A stretch of 64,000 bases of DNA, taken from Negaprion brevirostris (taxonomy: Eukaryota). The notes under the pieces were generated by a model that did no database searches, had not been told where the DNA came from, and saw only the letters and a list, made by a program, of their open reading frames with translations. The stretch's first letter is position 1. Each line of letters begins with the position of its first letter. The DNA lies in NCBI GenBank assembly GCA_030324005.1, contig JARDVH010000025.1:74355676-74419675 (forward strand). Reading direction: 5' to 3'. Below, piece after piece: positions 62,800-64,000 of this stretch. A program made the translations under genes and the position numbers.

Positions 62800-64000
62800 C
62801 TGCTGTTCTTGTCCTTCTGGATGTAGTGGTCATGGAGTTTGAAAGGCACTGCTTAAGGAACCTTGGTGAGTTCCTGCAGTGCATCTTGTAGATGGGACAT
62901 AAGACTGTCACTGTTTGTACATGGTGGAGGAATTGAATATTTGTGGAAGGGGTAGCAATCGAGGGGATTCTTTGATTTTACAAGATGCACTGCAGCAATT
63001 CACCAAGGCTTCTTCGACAGCATCTTAGCAATGCACAATCTTTCCCACCTGGAGAGACAAGGGAAGCAGATGCATGGGAACACCTTCATGACCTACAAGT
63101 TCTCTTCCAAACAGCACTATGAGTGTATGTACACCACATGGACTACAGCAGTTCAAAAANNNNNNNNNNNNNNNNNNNNNNNNNNNNNNNNNNNNNNNNN
63201 NNNNCAGAAGAAAATTTTTAAAGTGGTCATTAAGGAAAGGAGATTGGCATCCTTGATGTGCTAAACATATCAGAACAGATCAAGAAGCTTCAAGCTAGCA
63301 TCCATAAGGTGCTGAGGGCTAACAGCTGCAGCAAAATTGTACTCCACCACAACCTGGAACCTCACGGCCCAAAATAACTCTCATTCTACCAGTAATATAC
63401 TAACCATGGTTCAATGAAGAGAGTGCAGGAAGCAAAGGAGAAACAGCACCAAGCATACCTAAACTGAGATGTCAACCTACTGAAGCTACAATACAGGGCT
63501 ACTTGCGTGCTAAACAGAGGAAGCAGCTTGTGATAGAACTAAGTGTTCCCACCACCAGATGTTCAGATCTAAGCTCTGCATTCCTACTACACCCAGTCAT
63601 GAATGGTGGTGAGCAGTTAAACAACTAACCAGAGGAGAATGTTCCACAAATACTCCCATCATCAATAGTTGTGGGAAGCATAGCACATGCATGCAAAACA
63701 CAGGCTGGTGCATTTGCAGTTACTTTCAGTCAGAAGTGCTGATTGGATGATTCATTTTGGCTTCTTCCTGAGGTCCTTTGAAGTCTACAGGCCAGTCTTC
63801 AGTCAGTTCAGTTCACTCCACATCATATCAAGAAATGGCTGAAGGCGCTGGCTGTAGCAAAGACTGACAATTTCCTAGCTGTGATATTAAGGACTTGAGC
63901 TCCAGTAGTAGCTGCATCCAACCAAACTCTTCCACTGCAACTACAAAATTGACATAAACCCAATAAAGTGGAAAAGTGCCCAGGTTTGTCCTGTTCACAA
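62800..64000. mobile_element. Family B non-LTR fragments (62800-62960 minus; ~62975-63160 and ~63270-64000 plus)
   Basis: 62840-62950 matches 46880-46985. Plus-strand remnant SKLCIPTTPSHEWW*AVKQLTRGECSTNTPII...KWKSAQVCPVH resembles the ORF2 tether leading into the RT. Confidence 0.7.

Overview
This is AT-rich, repeat-dense, essentially non-coding vertebrate DNA. The repeat content (HE1/V-SINE-type tRNA SINEs, CR1 and L2 LINE 3' fragments, Penelope-like GIY-YIG fragments, Deu-domain SINE remnants) points to a cartilaginous fish (shark); the region is probably intronic or intergenic. I found no intact host protein-coding gene. Nearly all listed ORFs are transposon debris, N-gap artefacts or chance. 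Notable items: (1) short palindromic Penelope-type pLTR insertions carrying back-to-back minimal hammerhead-ribozyme motifs, with a fully substituted but still paired stem II in one copy; (2) a tRNA-Phe(GAA) pseudogene whose 3' flank is a perfect 11-nt inverted copy of its own mutated D-arm; (3) a ~730-bp foldback element; (4) a decayed, intron-containing Harbinger-type Myb/SANT gene; (5) a candidate promoter with spliced non-coding exons near 51.3-51.7 kb. Family names come from my recall of consensus sequences, not from database searches, and boundaries are approximate.
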